A stretch of DNA of 64,000 bases from Octopus sinensis. Lineage: Eukaryota. Below are positions 50,636 to 63,280 of this stretch, piece by piece (within the stretch, counting starts at the first letter, position 1; each line of letters starts with the position of its first letter). Where the stretch lies: assembly GCF_006345805.1 (NCBI RefSeq), contig NC_043010.1, forward strand, positions 14,632,001-14,696,000. The letters run 5' to 3'. The position numbers and the translations under genes are program-made. A model generated the notes under the pieces. That model saw nothing but the letters and a program-made list of their open reading frames with translations, was not told the DNA's origin and did not search any database.

Positions 50636-51278
50636 TGGCGACTCATAAGGGCGGTTTCCGGTTTCCATATGGTATAAATTCCCTACATAGACGGGACACC
50701 GGTACGTCGCAGGATTACTGATTTTTGCCAGCTTAGTTGACTAGACCAAGGTGAAATGAAGTGTTTTGCTCAAGAACACAACGCCGGTGACCCAGACCGA
50801 TAAGCAAAACCACAAACTTACTCCCACACCCTAACCTATTTCTTTACTACACACAAGGAGCTAAACACAGAGAGGACTAACAAGAACAGACAAACGGATC
50901 ATATCGATTATATCGTCCTCAGTGCGCAACTGGTACTTATTTAATCGACCCCGAAATGATGAAAGGCAAAGTCAACCTCGGCGGAATTTGAACTCAGAAC
51001 GCAGCGGCAGGCGAAATACCTATTTCTTTACTACCCACAAGGGGCTAAACACAGAGTGGACAAACAAGGACAGACAGACGGATTAAGTCGATTATATCGA
51101 CCCCAGTGCGTAACTGGTACTTATTTAATCGACCCCGAAAGGATGAAAGGCAAAGTCGACCTCGGTGGAATTTGAACTCACAACGTAACGGCAGACGAAA
51201 CACGGCTACGCATTTCGCCCGGCGTGCTAACGTTTCTACCAGCTCACCGCCTTAACCACTAAGCCATGCACCTCCACT
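50636..51278 (-). mobile_element. SINE family D (tail type 1) split by a nested SINE-B dimer
   Basis: D tail and core at 50636-50790, D head end TTAACCACTAAGCCATGCACCTCCAC at 51252-51277. Confidence 0.7.
50837..51251 (-). mobile_element. SINE family B dimer
   Basis: Two tandem B bodies with junction GAAATACC|TATTTCTTT at ~51022. Confidence 0.85.
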
Positions 51279-51487
51279 ATCAAAGTGCTGGACTGCTCTA
51301 ACACATAATTCCACTCTAGACATCATATATTGAGTACTATTTATTGATTATTATTAATCTCGTCGATGTTAACATATGCCTCGGTTATATGCATACATAG
51401 ATATATAGACACAAACGTGCGCACACACACAGAAACATACACATTCACTCACAAGCTCATGAAGTCTTCGGTGTAGGCAATATTCAT

Positions 51488-52445
<958 letters not shown>

Positions 52446-52867
52446 TGAATACGAGGGCCAACTACATAAGGTACAGAACATTTTATGCATAGGCGTAATA
52501 TACGTACCTCTTCTGACGGAAAGGTGAAGTCGGCACTGGTGAAGCTAATACATGTATGCGTATATATATATATAGTGTGTGTGTGTGTATTAGAGGAGGT
52601 ACAGTAAGGAAAGATGAAAGAGTCTAAACAGGCTTAGTAGGAACAGTGTGTGTGTGCGTGTGTGTGCGTGTGTGTGTATGTGTGTATGTGTGTTACATCC
52701 CTACACACTGATTTATAATGCCTTCTTTCCATAGAAATTTAAGAAAGAAAAATTGCCATCTCCTATGGCCGAATTATTTCCTTGAACAGAAACGAAATAT
52801 GGTAGACGATTCTTTCAAAATATTTCTGTTTTCTATCCCATGCGAAGTTACACAGGTACTTAAAGAG

Positions 52868-53254
52868 GTGGAGGCGCAATGGCCCAGTGGTTAGGGCAGC
52901 GGACTCGCGGTCATAGGATCGCGGTTTCGATTCCCAGACCGGGCGTTGTGAGTGTTTATTGAGCAAAAACACCTAAAGCTCCACGGGACTCCGGAAGGGG
53001 ATGGTGGTGATCCCTGCTGTACTCTTTCACCACAACTTTCTCTCACTCTTACTTCTTGTTTCTGTTGTACCTTATTTCAAGGGGCCGGCCTTGTCACTCT
53101 CTGTGTCACGCTGAATATCCCCGAGAACTACGTTAAGAGTACACGTGTCTGTGGCGTACTCAGCCATTTACACGTTAATTTCACGAGCAGGCTGTTCCGT
53201 TGATTCGGATCAACCGGAACCCTCGTCGTCGTAACCGACAGAGTGCTTCCAACA
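52868..53254 (+). mobile_element. SINE family C (tail type 2) with 10-bp TSD
   Basis: TSD ACTTAAAGAG at 52858-52867 and 53255-53264. Confidence 0.9.
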
Positions 53255-53754
53255 ACTTAAAGAGACGCGCTGTGAAATCAGTTGTAGTTAAATCGCGCTG
53301 GTTTATAAATTCAAATATATCACTGCTTGATTTACAAGCACACAAAAGCAATGTAAAGGAACATTTGGAAACCAAACAATGCAAACTGTAATTGTAGACA
53401 AAAGAAAGAATCCACTCGACTGTATATGAAAAAGGCAGCAGCATCCAGAAATTTTTAAAATACAAAATTTGGGGAGAGTTAGGGCTTCGAACGAACAAAC
53501 AACAACAGAGTGGACGTACAAAGTAAGCAATCAACGAAGAGAAATATTAAGGGCCGTTAGGCCAAGACTAATTGCAATGGGTAACGCCTGGGGAAAATGT
53601 TTTTAAAGGAATTAGAATAAACAGAAGAGAAGAAAATACTAGAAGAGAAAAATGTCGGGAGGCGAGAGGAATGACGTTCAGCATGGTGGATGTCTTGTCC
53701 AGAAAAAACAGGGGCGAGAGAAACGGCATGCAGTCACGTGTGTGCAAAACGCGT

Positions 53755-53763
53755 ATGTACGTA

Positions 53764-53795
<32 letters not shown>

Positions 53796-53844
53796 AACAC
53801 ACACACACACACACACAACCATATATACGTACATGTGTATATGC

Positions 53845-53875
<31 letters not shown>

Positions 53876-53916
53876 TGTATGTATTATGTATGTATGTATG
53901 TATGTATGTATGTATG

Positions 53917-53979
<63 letters not shown>

Positions 53980-54000
53980 ATATATATATATATTGTATAT
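53755..54000. repeat. Compound (CATA)(CA)(TATG)(TATC) microsatellite
   Basis: Direct reading. Confidence 0.95.
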
Positions 54001-54364
54001 AAATGTATATGTATATAGCTTCATATATAAGAAGATACAAACACGAATTTGGCAATCAACTTTTTATACATACTCATAGTTATGAATGCGTTTATATATA
54101 TTAATACATATCGACATCTATGAATATTTACAAAAATAGTTTTAAAAATATAAATATATATATATAAATATACATAAAAATATATGTAGGTAAAAGCCAT
54201 GTGGGATTTATATGGAAAGAAGTGTGAGATAAAGAACTGATGAAAATGTTTTTCGTACTAAAATTAAGGGCTGTTAAAAGTTTCAGTTAAAAGATCCCTA
54301 GAATTCAATGCGTTTTTAAAAAGTACATAAATGGTATATAGGATTTATAATACAATTCGAGGAA

Positions 54365-54466
54365 GTCCACTTTCTACGGCCGTTTCCAGCGTTCATGTCC
54401 TGGTAGAAAAATTAATAGAAATCTTACAAACCATGCGGACAATGTCCCTTTCATCAGGGAAGGTAT
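54365..54466 (-). ncRNA. Degenerate type I hammerhead ribozyme motif
   Basis: Minus strand: CTTCC-CTGATGA-[57 nt]-GAAA-CGGCCG-TA-GAAAG. Palindromic stem III ACGGCCGT, stem I 4/5 paired, 5' arm of stem II decayed. Confidence 0.5.
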
Positions 54467-54534
54467 CGTCATAAAATAACATTCTTGACATTTTTAGCTT
54501 TATATATATATATATACCTGTTTATATGTCCTGT

Positions 54535-54616
<82 letters not shown>

Positions 54617-54730
54617 GTGATGCATGTGCCTGGTGTACCTTTATCAGACGGGTAGTCATGATGGGTATATTGGGCTTCGTATATTTTACCCCAGTGTCAC
54701 TTTGATGGCATGAACTGCTCTCTCACTCAA
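54617..54730. mobile_element. Terminal piece of the 2856-3415 repeat within (TAA)n
   Basis: GTGATGCATGTGCCTGGTGTACC...CTCTCTCACTCAATAATAAT is nearly identical to 3300-3415. Confidence 0.85.
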
Positions 54731-54743
54731 TAATAATAATAAC

Positions 54744-54785
<42 letters not shown>

Positions 54786-55123
54786 TATTATTAGTATTAT
54801 TAGTATTATTATTATTATTATTATTATTGTATTTATTGTATTTATAGTCGTGTAACATTGTCCGTTTTTCCCGTCCTTCTTTTTGTATACATTCGCTGCT
54901 TTCTTCCAAGGAATCTAATGCTCTTAGCTTAGTTTTTTTGGGGGGCTGGCCAGATTGGAGCAAGCTCAAGAATAATCAGCCAAAATAGCGAGGATAATCT
55001 GATGCTTGACTGAGGAAAGAAAACTTGTTTTCTTTGTATCGTCTATCTGGATGTTTTGTTGTCCCTTTTTGTATCACCGAACTGTCCGGATGTTTTGCGT
55101 TCTTGTCCCATTTTTTATTATAT

Positions 55124-55191
<68 letters not shown>

Positions 55192-55217
55192 GTACACCGC
55201 GTGTATGCAATATTTAT

Positions 55218-55552
55218 CTAGTGATGCTGTGTAATATGTGCAAGAAATCAGAATTCCTTAATTTCTCCAAGAGAAGATTAATTAAAATGAAGTGTTACCA
55301 ATAACTGTGTTACACGCTAGGTGTAGTGGTGACAAGAGATTTGCTGGCAATAGTGGTGACGGTCAGAAGGAGGTTGACGGTGTTGATGAGCGTCAGTGAC
55401 TACCACGTACAACGGTGGTGGACGACAATATTAGATTAAGCGAACTAGGTCGAAACTATGACGAGCAGTATGCGAGTTGGCGGAGGGTTATGTGAGGGGT
55501 CATGTGAGACAGCGAATAGACAATGATGAACTGATATGAAATAAAACTATTG

Positions 55553-55621
<69 letters not shown>

Positions 55622-55695
55622 TTACTGCTGCTGCTACTGCCGGTGCTGCTGCTGCTGCTACTGCTGCTGCTGCTACTGCCGGTGCTGCTGCTGCT

Positions 55696-55726
<31 letters not shown>

Positions 55727-55745
55727 GCTGCATACTACTACCATC

Positions 55746-55784
<39 letters not shown>

Positions 55785-55807
55785 GCAGCTACTACTGCTA
55801 CTACTAT

Positions 55808-55842
<35 letters not shown>

Positions 55843-55860
55843 GTTGATTGTGTTTTTTCT
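55218..55860. repeat. Composite microsatellite-containing module, copy 2 of 3
   Basis: See 51488-52445. The 3' block is absent, and Tx1 sequence follows. Confidence 0.65.
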
Positions 55861-55969
55861 TTTTCTTTCTTTCTTTTTCTCCTATCTTTTCTTCTTCACC
55901 CCTCTTCTTTGTAACCTTCGTTGTCTTCGTATTCTACTTCTTTTCCCAAGACATACAACGTTAACCTTT

Positions 55970-57140
55970 CCTTAACCATCGTTCCCTTCTTTTGTCATAG
56001 TATCGCAAGCCCAGTTCGTCAGGGATATCGGGATAGATATCCTTCCTTTTTCCAATTCCTGAGAATGTTTTAGCTGTGGAGCCTTCCTTGCCGCTCGATT
56101 TGGAGGCATTCAGAGATATCCCATTCATATTCGGTCGTAGGAGAGCCGTGACGACATGCACCGGGACATCGTCGTGTGTCGAACGCCTCGAATAAAGAAG
56201 CAGACGACAGCATACTGAAAGAGTACCAAGAGCATTACAAACGTACACGTCAACCGCAATTACATGATAATCTTGCAATTAATCTCTTGCGGAGTCTATT
56301 CCATGCTTGCCAGCAGTGATTCTTGCTCGAACCGAGAGTCTCCCGAAGAGCTTCGGTGTATAGCAGGGCCAGATCTCCAAATGGACACGAAGCAAGATGC
56401 CGAGAGTAGGGTGACCAACTTTACTCAGGAAGAGCCTGAAAAAAAGTAGGTCGGAAGTGGATAATGCCTGCATCATTTCAATCGTGTGCTATCGTCTGGC
56501 AGTCGTACTTTGTCCCAAGAAACACCGATGAAGCTGGAACGCATGCGTTCCTTCTTCTTTTGGAAGGCCATGTTCAGGAAATCCGTCGACAAAATTCACT
56601 CTGTGGTGACCTCCGGATGACAGATACCGCAGACACGCATGTCTGCAAAAATAGCTGCACCACAGCAACAGTAATGATAACGATGAAAATGCGGTCGGAC
56701 AGGTATTATGTGGGTTTGAAAAGGGACATTTTCCTATCTAGCAAAGACCTCATCGACTTTTTCAACTTACACTTGAAGAGGAAGATGAGGGTAGAGATGG
56801 AGGTGATACCTTCTCATGCGTTTATTGGCTGGTGGATGAGAGGGGAAAGGCTAGTCAGAATGAATGGTCCTAACTTGAATATGATTTTCTAAGTAGGAGG
56901 AAACTGGGAAATGATACATTCCACGCCTCGAATATGATAGAGTAATCTGGGTCTTTCAGTCGGGTTTCCGTTGTATTGCCCTAGGTGGTCTTTCTCACAA
57001 CTGGGAAATTTTCCTTCTTCAGTTTTTTTTATTGTAAAATTATGTCATAAGTTTTATTTTTGTTGATTTTTCTTGATGTAAAATCCACTCTCGTGTTATG
57101 CATTTCGTCCTTGGTATTGTCCTGAATGCTTCGAGCTCTT
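55970..57140 (+). mobile_element. Decayed, internally deleted Tx1/L1-clade LINE ORF2 plus 3' UTR
   Basis: GPDLQMD..SRVTNFTQ, IVCYRLAVVLCP, KLERM..FFWK, DFFNLHLKRKMRVEMEVIPS (ORF 56464-56892). Terminus GAGCTCTTGTGCCAATAA. Confidence 0.75.
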
Positions 57141-57189
57141 GTGCCAATAACCTGATGAGCTAGCAGAATCTTTAACCCGACAAAATACT

Positions 57190-57300
57190 GATCAGCATTT
57201 CGTCTATCAACCCGTTCTGAGTTCAAATGTTGCCGCGGTCGATTTTGCTTTTCATCCTTTCGGGGACCAAAGTCAAGTACTGGGGTTGATGTATTATTTG
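57190..57300 (+). mobile_element. SINE family B, degenerate fragment
   Basis: CAGCATTTCGTCT..GTTCTGAGTTCAAAT..GCTTTTCATCCTTTCGGGG. Confidence 0.6.
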
Positions 57301-57604
57301 CTTAATCTACTCTCTCAAAAATTCACATAAATTTTTAAAGCAAAATCTTGTATGGACCCTCGAGGGTCATATGGATCCCAGTTGAAAACCACTTATCTAG
57401 ACAATTTGAAAAGGTGGACGAGAGACGAAAATTCGAAGTCACTGTCACCACTTACCCTTGTTAAAATAAGTACCACACTTTAACTTAATGTATTGAGTGT
57501 ACCATCATTCAAAATTAAGATGTTTAATATGTATGTACGTATAAAATCACACGCATCAATATATATATATATAATATATATATATATTATATATATATAT
57601 ATAG

Positions 57605-57635
<31 letters not shown>

Positions 57636-57806
57636 CTTTATTTAAAAGCTGTAGAAATTTAACAAAAGCTGTCACTCGGAGTTTCACGTTCCCGTTCGTC
57701 GTACAGTTTTGTTAACGGGATATGTAATGTGCTTTTAAATAAAGCATATTACTCTGGTATTTGAGTACTCTTTTTTCCACCTTGTTTCACATTTATGTTT
57801 ACTCCG
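57636..57806. mobile_element. Penelope-like-element-type repeat with a degenerate minimal hammerhead (minus strand 57661-57714)
   Basis: AACAAAA-CTGT-ACGACGA-ACG-GGAA-CGT-GAAA-CTCCGAG-TG-ACAG-CTTTTGTT. Stems I-III are readable, but the C3/U4 positions and H17 are mutated. The right part is the reverse complement of 49109-49190. Confidence 0.6.
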
Positions 57807-58078
57807 CTATATATATATATATAAATTTATTATGACAACGCACGCATCCCTTTCTAAGTAAATATATATATAATTGAGTAGTTGAATGAATTATCTTATT
57901 ATGGATAATTCGGATAACCGATACCTGGGTAGCAAATTCACGTCAGAAAAACACGGTTGAAGCTACATGCCTAGGGCAGAGATCACGTGCTATCGTGTGG
58001 AAATTTGTGTGTTTTTTTAAATACAAATAAATGAAAGAATGGAGTTGAACGACGAATTAACAAAATTCCTTTATTTTA

Positions 58079-58161
58079 TTTTCGACATATGCATCGAAGG
58101 CTGCATATTCCTAATTTCGAAGGAATAAGGGGTGCATTATGCCGCCTTCTCATCAGGAAAA
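58079..58161 (-). ncRNA. Mirror hammerhead copy with inactivating core change (GAAA to GATG)
   Basis: The minus strand has CTGATGA and identical stems I and II, but reads CCTTC-GATG-CATATG-TC. Confidence 0.65.
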
Positions 58162-58297
58162 ACAAGGAACTTATGTCAGCATCAAGATGCACAAAAGCTT
58201 TTAGATGACTGCCCACACGGAGCCCATAGCGATACTGCCATAGTGGGCAGTCATCTAAAAGTTTTTGTGCATCTTGATGCTGACATAAGTTCCTTAC

Positions 58298-58380
58298 TTT
58301 TCCTGATGAGAAGGCGGCATAATGCACCCCTTATTCCTTCGAAATTAGGAATATGCAGCCTTCGAAACATATGTCGAAAA
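58298..58380 (+). ncRNA. Type I hammerhead ribozyme with canonical core (predicted cleavage after GUC, C58375)
   Basis: Stem I TTTTC(58298-58302)/GAAAA(58376-58380); CTGATGA 58303-58309; stem II GAAGGC.GCATA/TATGC.GCCTTC with G10.1-C11.1; GAAA 58364-58367; palindromic stem III ACATATGT; GTC triplet. Confidence 0.8.
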
Positions 58381-58433
58381 TAAAATAAAGGAATTTTGTT
58401 AATTCGTCGTTCAACTCCATTCTTTCATTTATT

Positions 58434-58474
<41 letters not shown>

Positions 58475-58661
58475 TATATATATGTCTTCGGCTGTCCATC
58501 GTAAGTCGACTTTGACTTTTCTTGATCTGTAATCATTTCTAGTAAGCTCTCATGTGGTGTACAAAGCCTGTTCTTGATCTGCAGCAATTTACACACACAC
58601 ACACCACACACACACATGTGCTCCAGAATGACCGCAGTCGCATGACTAAAACGCGTAAAAG

Positions 58662-58705
<44 letters not shown>

Positions 58706-58720
58706 ATATATATATTATAT

Positions 58721-58751
<31 letters not shown>

Positions 58752-58772
58752 CTATATATATATATATATATA

Positions 58773-58834
<62 letters not shown>

Positions 58835-58888
58835 GCATGTATGTATGTTTATATGTATACATGTGTTTACATACACCACGATATTTGC

Positions 58889-59335
58889 TTTGTAGTGAAG
58901 TAATTCATGTGTGATGTGTGCAAGAAATGAGATTTCCTTAATTTCTCCCGGAGAAGATTAATTAGAACAAGGTGCGAGCAATAGTTATGTCTGCGGTGCA
59001 AGTGGTGATGGCCGCGTTGGTGGTGGTGGTGGTTGCGACGCTGCTGCTGCTTATGTTGAAGATGGTGAATGCTGGGAAGTATTGATAGCCATCATCGACT
59101 CCCAACAATAAGCTGACAACATAGAATATTAGATTAAAGTAAATGAGGGTGGTGGTGGGAGGTGGGGGAGTGAGCAATAAACGGGGGTTGGTGATGGGTT
59201 AAAGATCGAGTGACGGAACAAACGGACTACGATCAAAGCAAAGGAACAACAACAACTACTACTATTGATGCTGTTACTACTACTACTACTACTACTACTA
59301 CAACTACCACTACTACTACTACTACTACTTCTACT

Positions 59336-59367
<32 letters not shown>

Positions 59368-59389
59368 GTTACTACTACTACTACTACTT

Positions 59390-59420
<31 letters not shown>

Positions 59421-59444
59421 TACTACTTCTACTACTACTATTGT

Positions 59445-59485
<41 letters not shown>

Positions 59486-59585
59486 TTCCTGTTATTTTCT
59501 TTTGTCTGGCAAATGATAAATATTTCTTCTTGTAGCAGAAATGGAGTGATAGCGAATAGGGCTTTCTGATTTTGATTTCTGTCCT
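58889..59585. repeat. Composite microsatellite-containing module, copy 3 of 3
   Basis: See 51488-52445. Includes the 3' block GATAGCGAATAGGGCTTTCTGATTTTG. Confidence 0.75.
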
Positions 59586-60289
59586 GGACATAGAAGACAC
59601 ACCAACATAAAACTTTTTATTTCAGAAATGATAACAAAACGTGCTGGGCACTATTTACAGAAGAGGGGAAGAACGTATGTAGTACCGCATAAAATCACAT
59701 TCCTTAAATCCTTAAAAATGTTCTAGCCCGAAGGCCGCGGCCATGCTGGGGCACCACCGCTGAAAATTAATTTTTAATAACATATTGAAAAATTGTTACC
59801 TCACTCAACTGGAAAGATTTTCTATATATGAAAATGTCAAAAAAGCAGGAAATTTCGCGTAGATTCTATGACTTGACTACATTCGTCAGCCAAAGTTCAA
59901 GAATTGACCATCTCACTCGTGGCAGATTTGACTCTTACATCCATTTCTTTTATCGAGTTCGCGAGGAGGCGGCACCTACCATTTCCTCCTCATCCTACAC
60001 TTCAAACTGAACTTGAAGACATTGATGAGATATATTGTGAGAGATTTACAGAATGAAACTATGTGATGGTAGCTATTCCACCATTCTACTACAAACTGTT
60101 CTGCCATATTCTCCAATCATAAATAATTTTACAGTCATAAAAATTCAGTTAATTACTGATTTAATCACAAACTGAATGGTATATAATAATGCTCAGATAA
60201 GTCAAAAATTGTTGTAATATTTTTAATGCATTTAGGGAAGGCTTTGTTAGACGCAACTTTTCCAAACCCATTTACCCTGCAACAGCTTT

Positions 60290-60690
60290 CATCATACTCT
60301 CAAGACCGAGAAAATCTACCTGTCCCTAAATGAAAAAGGAAGACAGTGGGGAGATCTTTAAAAGGGTATTGGTTAAGGGACGGATTCTACATGAGATAGC
60401 AGTCGTTCGACATCGTTCAACGTTTTAGCAATATTTCTGAACACTAGACAAGTACGTGACGAAACGGATTCATCGATGTCTGCGCATTTCGGACAGGTAC
60501 CACTGATGACAGATACGCATCTTCACAATTTATATGGACGAGATAATGCCCTCCACTAGCACGGGCAGGCAGGGATTTCCACGTGTCGTAATATAATGCT
60601 CCGGAATATATTTCCAAGTTGGTCGTAGTCGAGGCTCAATGTTTCTACGGGAACTTTATCGCTCAGCATGTCCGTCATCAATTCACCGTA
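60290..60690 (-). mobile_element. Old Tx1/L1-clade LINE fragment (zf-RVT region)
   Basis: ETLSLDYDQLGNIF (ORF 60556-60738), then WRALSRPYKL..ISGTCPKCADIDESV..ERLLSHV, resembling ALPVRDKL..CPRC..DETV of Tx1-type ORF2. Confidence 0.55.
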
Positions 60691-60890
60691 GGGAAAGTTC
60701 ACCGTATGAATTTTATTGACGTAATTTTCCAACTTCAATTTTTCTCTCGTTCATTTTTTTCAATAAAATAACTTTTAACTATCAATGGTGAAATACTACT
60801 GATATATTTTCTTGGTAAACTTGCCTTGCAGTGAACTTTCCTCATGGTGAACTTTCTTAACGGTGAATCGATGGCGGTAAACTTTCCTGC

Positions 60891-61285
60891 GAGCTGGCAG
60901 AAATGTTAGCACACCGGGCGAAATACTTAGCGGCATTTCGTCTGCCGTTAGTTTCTGAGTTCAAATTCCGCCGAGGTCGACATTGCCTTTCATCCTTTCG
61001 GGATCGATAAATTAAGTACCAGTTACGCACTGGGGTCGATGTAATAGACTTAATCCCTTTGTCTGTCCTTGTTTGTCCCCTCTGTGTTTAGCCCCTTGTG
61101 GGTAGTAAAGAAATAGGTATTTCGGCTGTCTTTACGTTCTGAGTTCAAATTCCGCCGAGGTCGACATTGCCTTTCATCCTTTCGGGGTCGATAAATTAAG
61201 TACCAGTTACGCACTGGGGTCGATGTAATCGACTTAATCCGTTTGTCCCCTCTGTATTTAGCCCCTTGTGGGTAGTAAAGAAATA
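60891..61285 (+). mobile_element. SINE family B dimer with 15-bp TSD
   Basis: TSD GGTAAACT(T/C)TCCTGC at 60876-60890 and 61286-61300. Internal junction AAAGAAATA|GGTATTTCG at ~61095. Confidence 0.88.
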
Positions 61286-61810
61286 GGTAAACTCTCCTGC
61301 AATGAATTGATGTAGGTGAACTTATCTTCACTCATCGCTCAGATCAACCACCAAGCGATGCGGTCGTTCCATCGAGAATCCTCAGAGAAATCTCAACAGT
61401 GTTATAGCCATCCGTGCAAAGTAGTAAACACGGATTAGTATTGGATCCTTAGACTCGTAGGGTCAGTGTACCCATGCCTTAAGACGGTACTAGCCGCCTT
61501 GCCAGACTGGTAGAGGGCTGTGAACACTTGGTGGCATTACAGACGCCAGGTCTCCATTCTTCGCTAGCACTTGATCAAATATGCTCTTGACTAACACTTC
61601 ACGGCGACAAATTATGTCCATCATCGAGGATTCCCTGTAAATGTCTGTATTTCAATGCTCTGTCACCTATAGCATATTGATCTCTCAGTGCAGAAGGGTG
61701 TTGAGAGCAAACGGACCTTCTAATCCGGGAAATCTAACTTTTATAAAACGAAGGGAAGGACAGACACTCTAACTTCATTTAATGTAAAGAAGGCTTGACA
61801 GTAAAACAGT

Positions 61811-62130
61811 TGTTTGTTTTTGTTGTTTGTTCCTTCTCGAGCCATGCCTGACTCATAAGGGCCGGTTTCCCGGTTTCCTTGGCGTATAGGTTCCCCACCT
61901 GGATGGGACGCCGGTCCATCGCAGGTGAGCTGCAAGATGCAGGAGGAAAGAGTGAGAGAAAGTTGTAGCGAAAGAGTCAGCAGAAGTTCGCCATTACCTT
62001 CTGCCGGAGCCGCGTGCAGCTTAGGTGTTTTCGCTCATAAACACACATATCGCCCGGTCTGAGATTCGAACGCGCGGTCCCTCGACCGCAAGTCCGGTGC
62101 TCTAACCACTAGGCCATGTGCCTCCACAAT
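61811..62130 (-). mobile_element. SINE family C (tail type 1) with 11-bp TSD
   Basis: TSD AGTAAAACAGT at 61800-61810 and 62131-62141. Confidence 0.88.
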
Positions 62131-62199
62131 AGTAAAACAGTAATATGTAACTGAAGCGATATTGGTATTCTTACAGTCTGTCCAATCTTTTAGAAATAA

Positions 62200-62570
62200 T
62201 TTCCTCATAATCCATTTCTGGTTGAGACTGGCAACCCTTCTTGCATCCCCGCCTTAGTTCCTATCCACCTGAAGGCCTGAATCTAGCAAGACAAAAGCGC
62301 ACCTAAACTGAGTCGTCAGTTCAGCAACGTACAACGCTGTCACTTGATAATATGAACTTTATCAAGACGACGATCTGCGAGCCGATGGATCTGTTATGCT
62401 TAGTGAGTATTCTCGATGCGACTTCAAACGTCTTCAGATGAATTCGAGACCGTGACAACAATACCGTTTGCGTTTGCCGACATAATCCACTTATGTCCCT
62501 GACCCTCTCTACACCTGTAGCTTTTGCAATCAGAGAATTATGTACACTTGACGTATTGTACGTCGAAATT
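62200..62570 (-). mobile_element. Possible decayed CR1/Jockey-type LINE RT-thumb fragment
   Basis: SITDPSARRSSS..YY....AEL weakly matches the L..LAHRR.V.SL.LFYRYY.G.CS.EL pattern. Confidence 0.3.
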
Positions 62571-62705
62571 AAATGATATCGTTTACATATGAAAGGCAAA
62601 GATTACAAAAATATCTACATTCCACGTCTTTAGTGTTGTAATGCCGATTGAAACAATGGACAAATGTACATTGAAATCATCACCATGGCATTATTATTAT
62701 TATCA

Positions 62706-63102
62706 TTGTCATTTACTTTTAATCTGCATGTTTGATGCAATCACTTGCCGGGGCACACCCAGCGCCCTAGGGCAAGTGAAGGTTAAGAGTTGTTGAAATA
62801 TAGCTGAAAGCTTGGGGAGGGAAAGTAGAGAAACATCTCCATGTAATACAAACACAAACATTTACATTGATAGGGTTTTTCTAAGGATGTGGGCAGTACT
62901 TGTTAGCACAATCTTTTGGATTTCCTTGAGACATGGTTTTCCAGGGATATTGTCTAGGTGTTTCTGACATCTCTTTTTTATCATACCTAGGGCACCTACA
63001 ATAACAGGAACAGTTTTTGTTTTAAGATTCCACATCTTTTGTATTTCGATTTCCAGGTCCTTATATTTACTAAGTTTGTCAAATTCCTTTACAGATACAT
63101 TT
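62706..63102 (-). mobile_element. R4/Dong-clade LINE 3' end (same family as the 3' end of 27963-31130)
   Basis: ORF 62862-63200: KEFDKLSKYKDLEIEIQKMWNLKTKTVPVIVGALGMIKK..IVLTSTAHILRKTLSM*. (TTA)n on both sides on the plus strand. Confidence 0.88.
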
Positions 63103-63112
63103 ATTATTATCA

Positions 63113-63179
<67 letters not shown>

Positions 63180-63196
63180 CATCATCATCATCATCA

Positions 63197-63276
<80 letters not shown>

Positions 63277-63280
63277 GTTA
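63103..63280. repeat. (ATT/ATC)n microsatellite
   Basis: Direct reading. Confidence 0.95.

Larger units (their letters stand above)
58021..58438. repeat. 418-bp palindrome (196-bp arms, 26-bp spacer, ~5 mismatches)
   Basis: 58021-58216 is the reverse complement of 58243-58438. The mirrored ORFs 58076-58327 and 58132-58383 reflect this. Confidence 0.95.

Noticed and set aside
53330-53450. NCNCRQKKE resembling the CNC motif upstream of PLE GIY-YIG domains
   Set aside because: Too short and frameshifted, and no GIY-YIG motif follows.
57135-57165. CTGATGAGCTAGC
   Set aside because: No downstream GAAA or stem III. It sits at a Tx1 3' terminus and is treated as chance.
61310-61800. GC-balanced segment that might be a LINE RT remnant
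   Set aside because: No diagnostic motif recovered in six frames.
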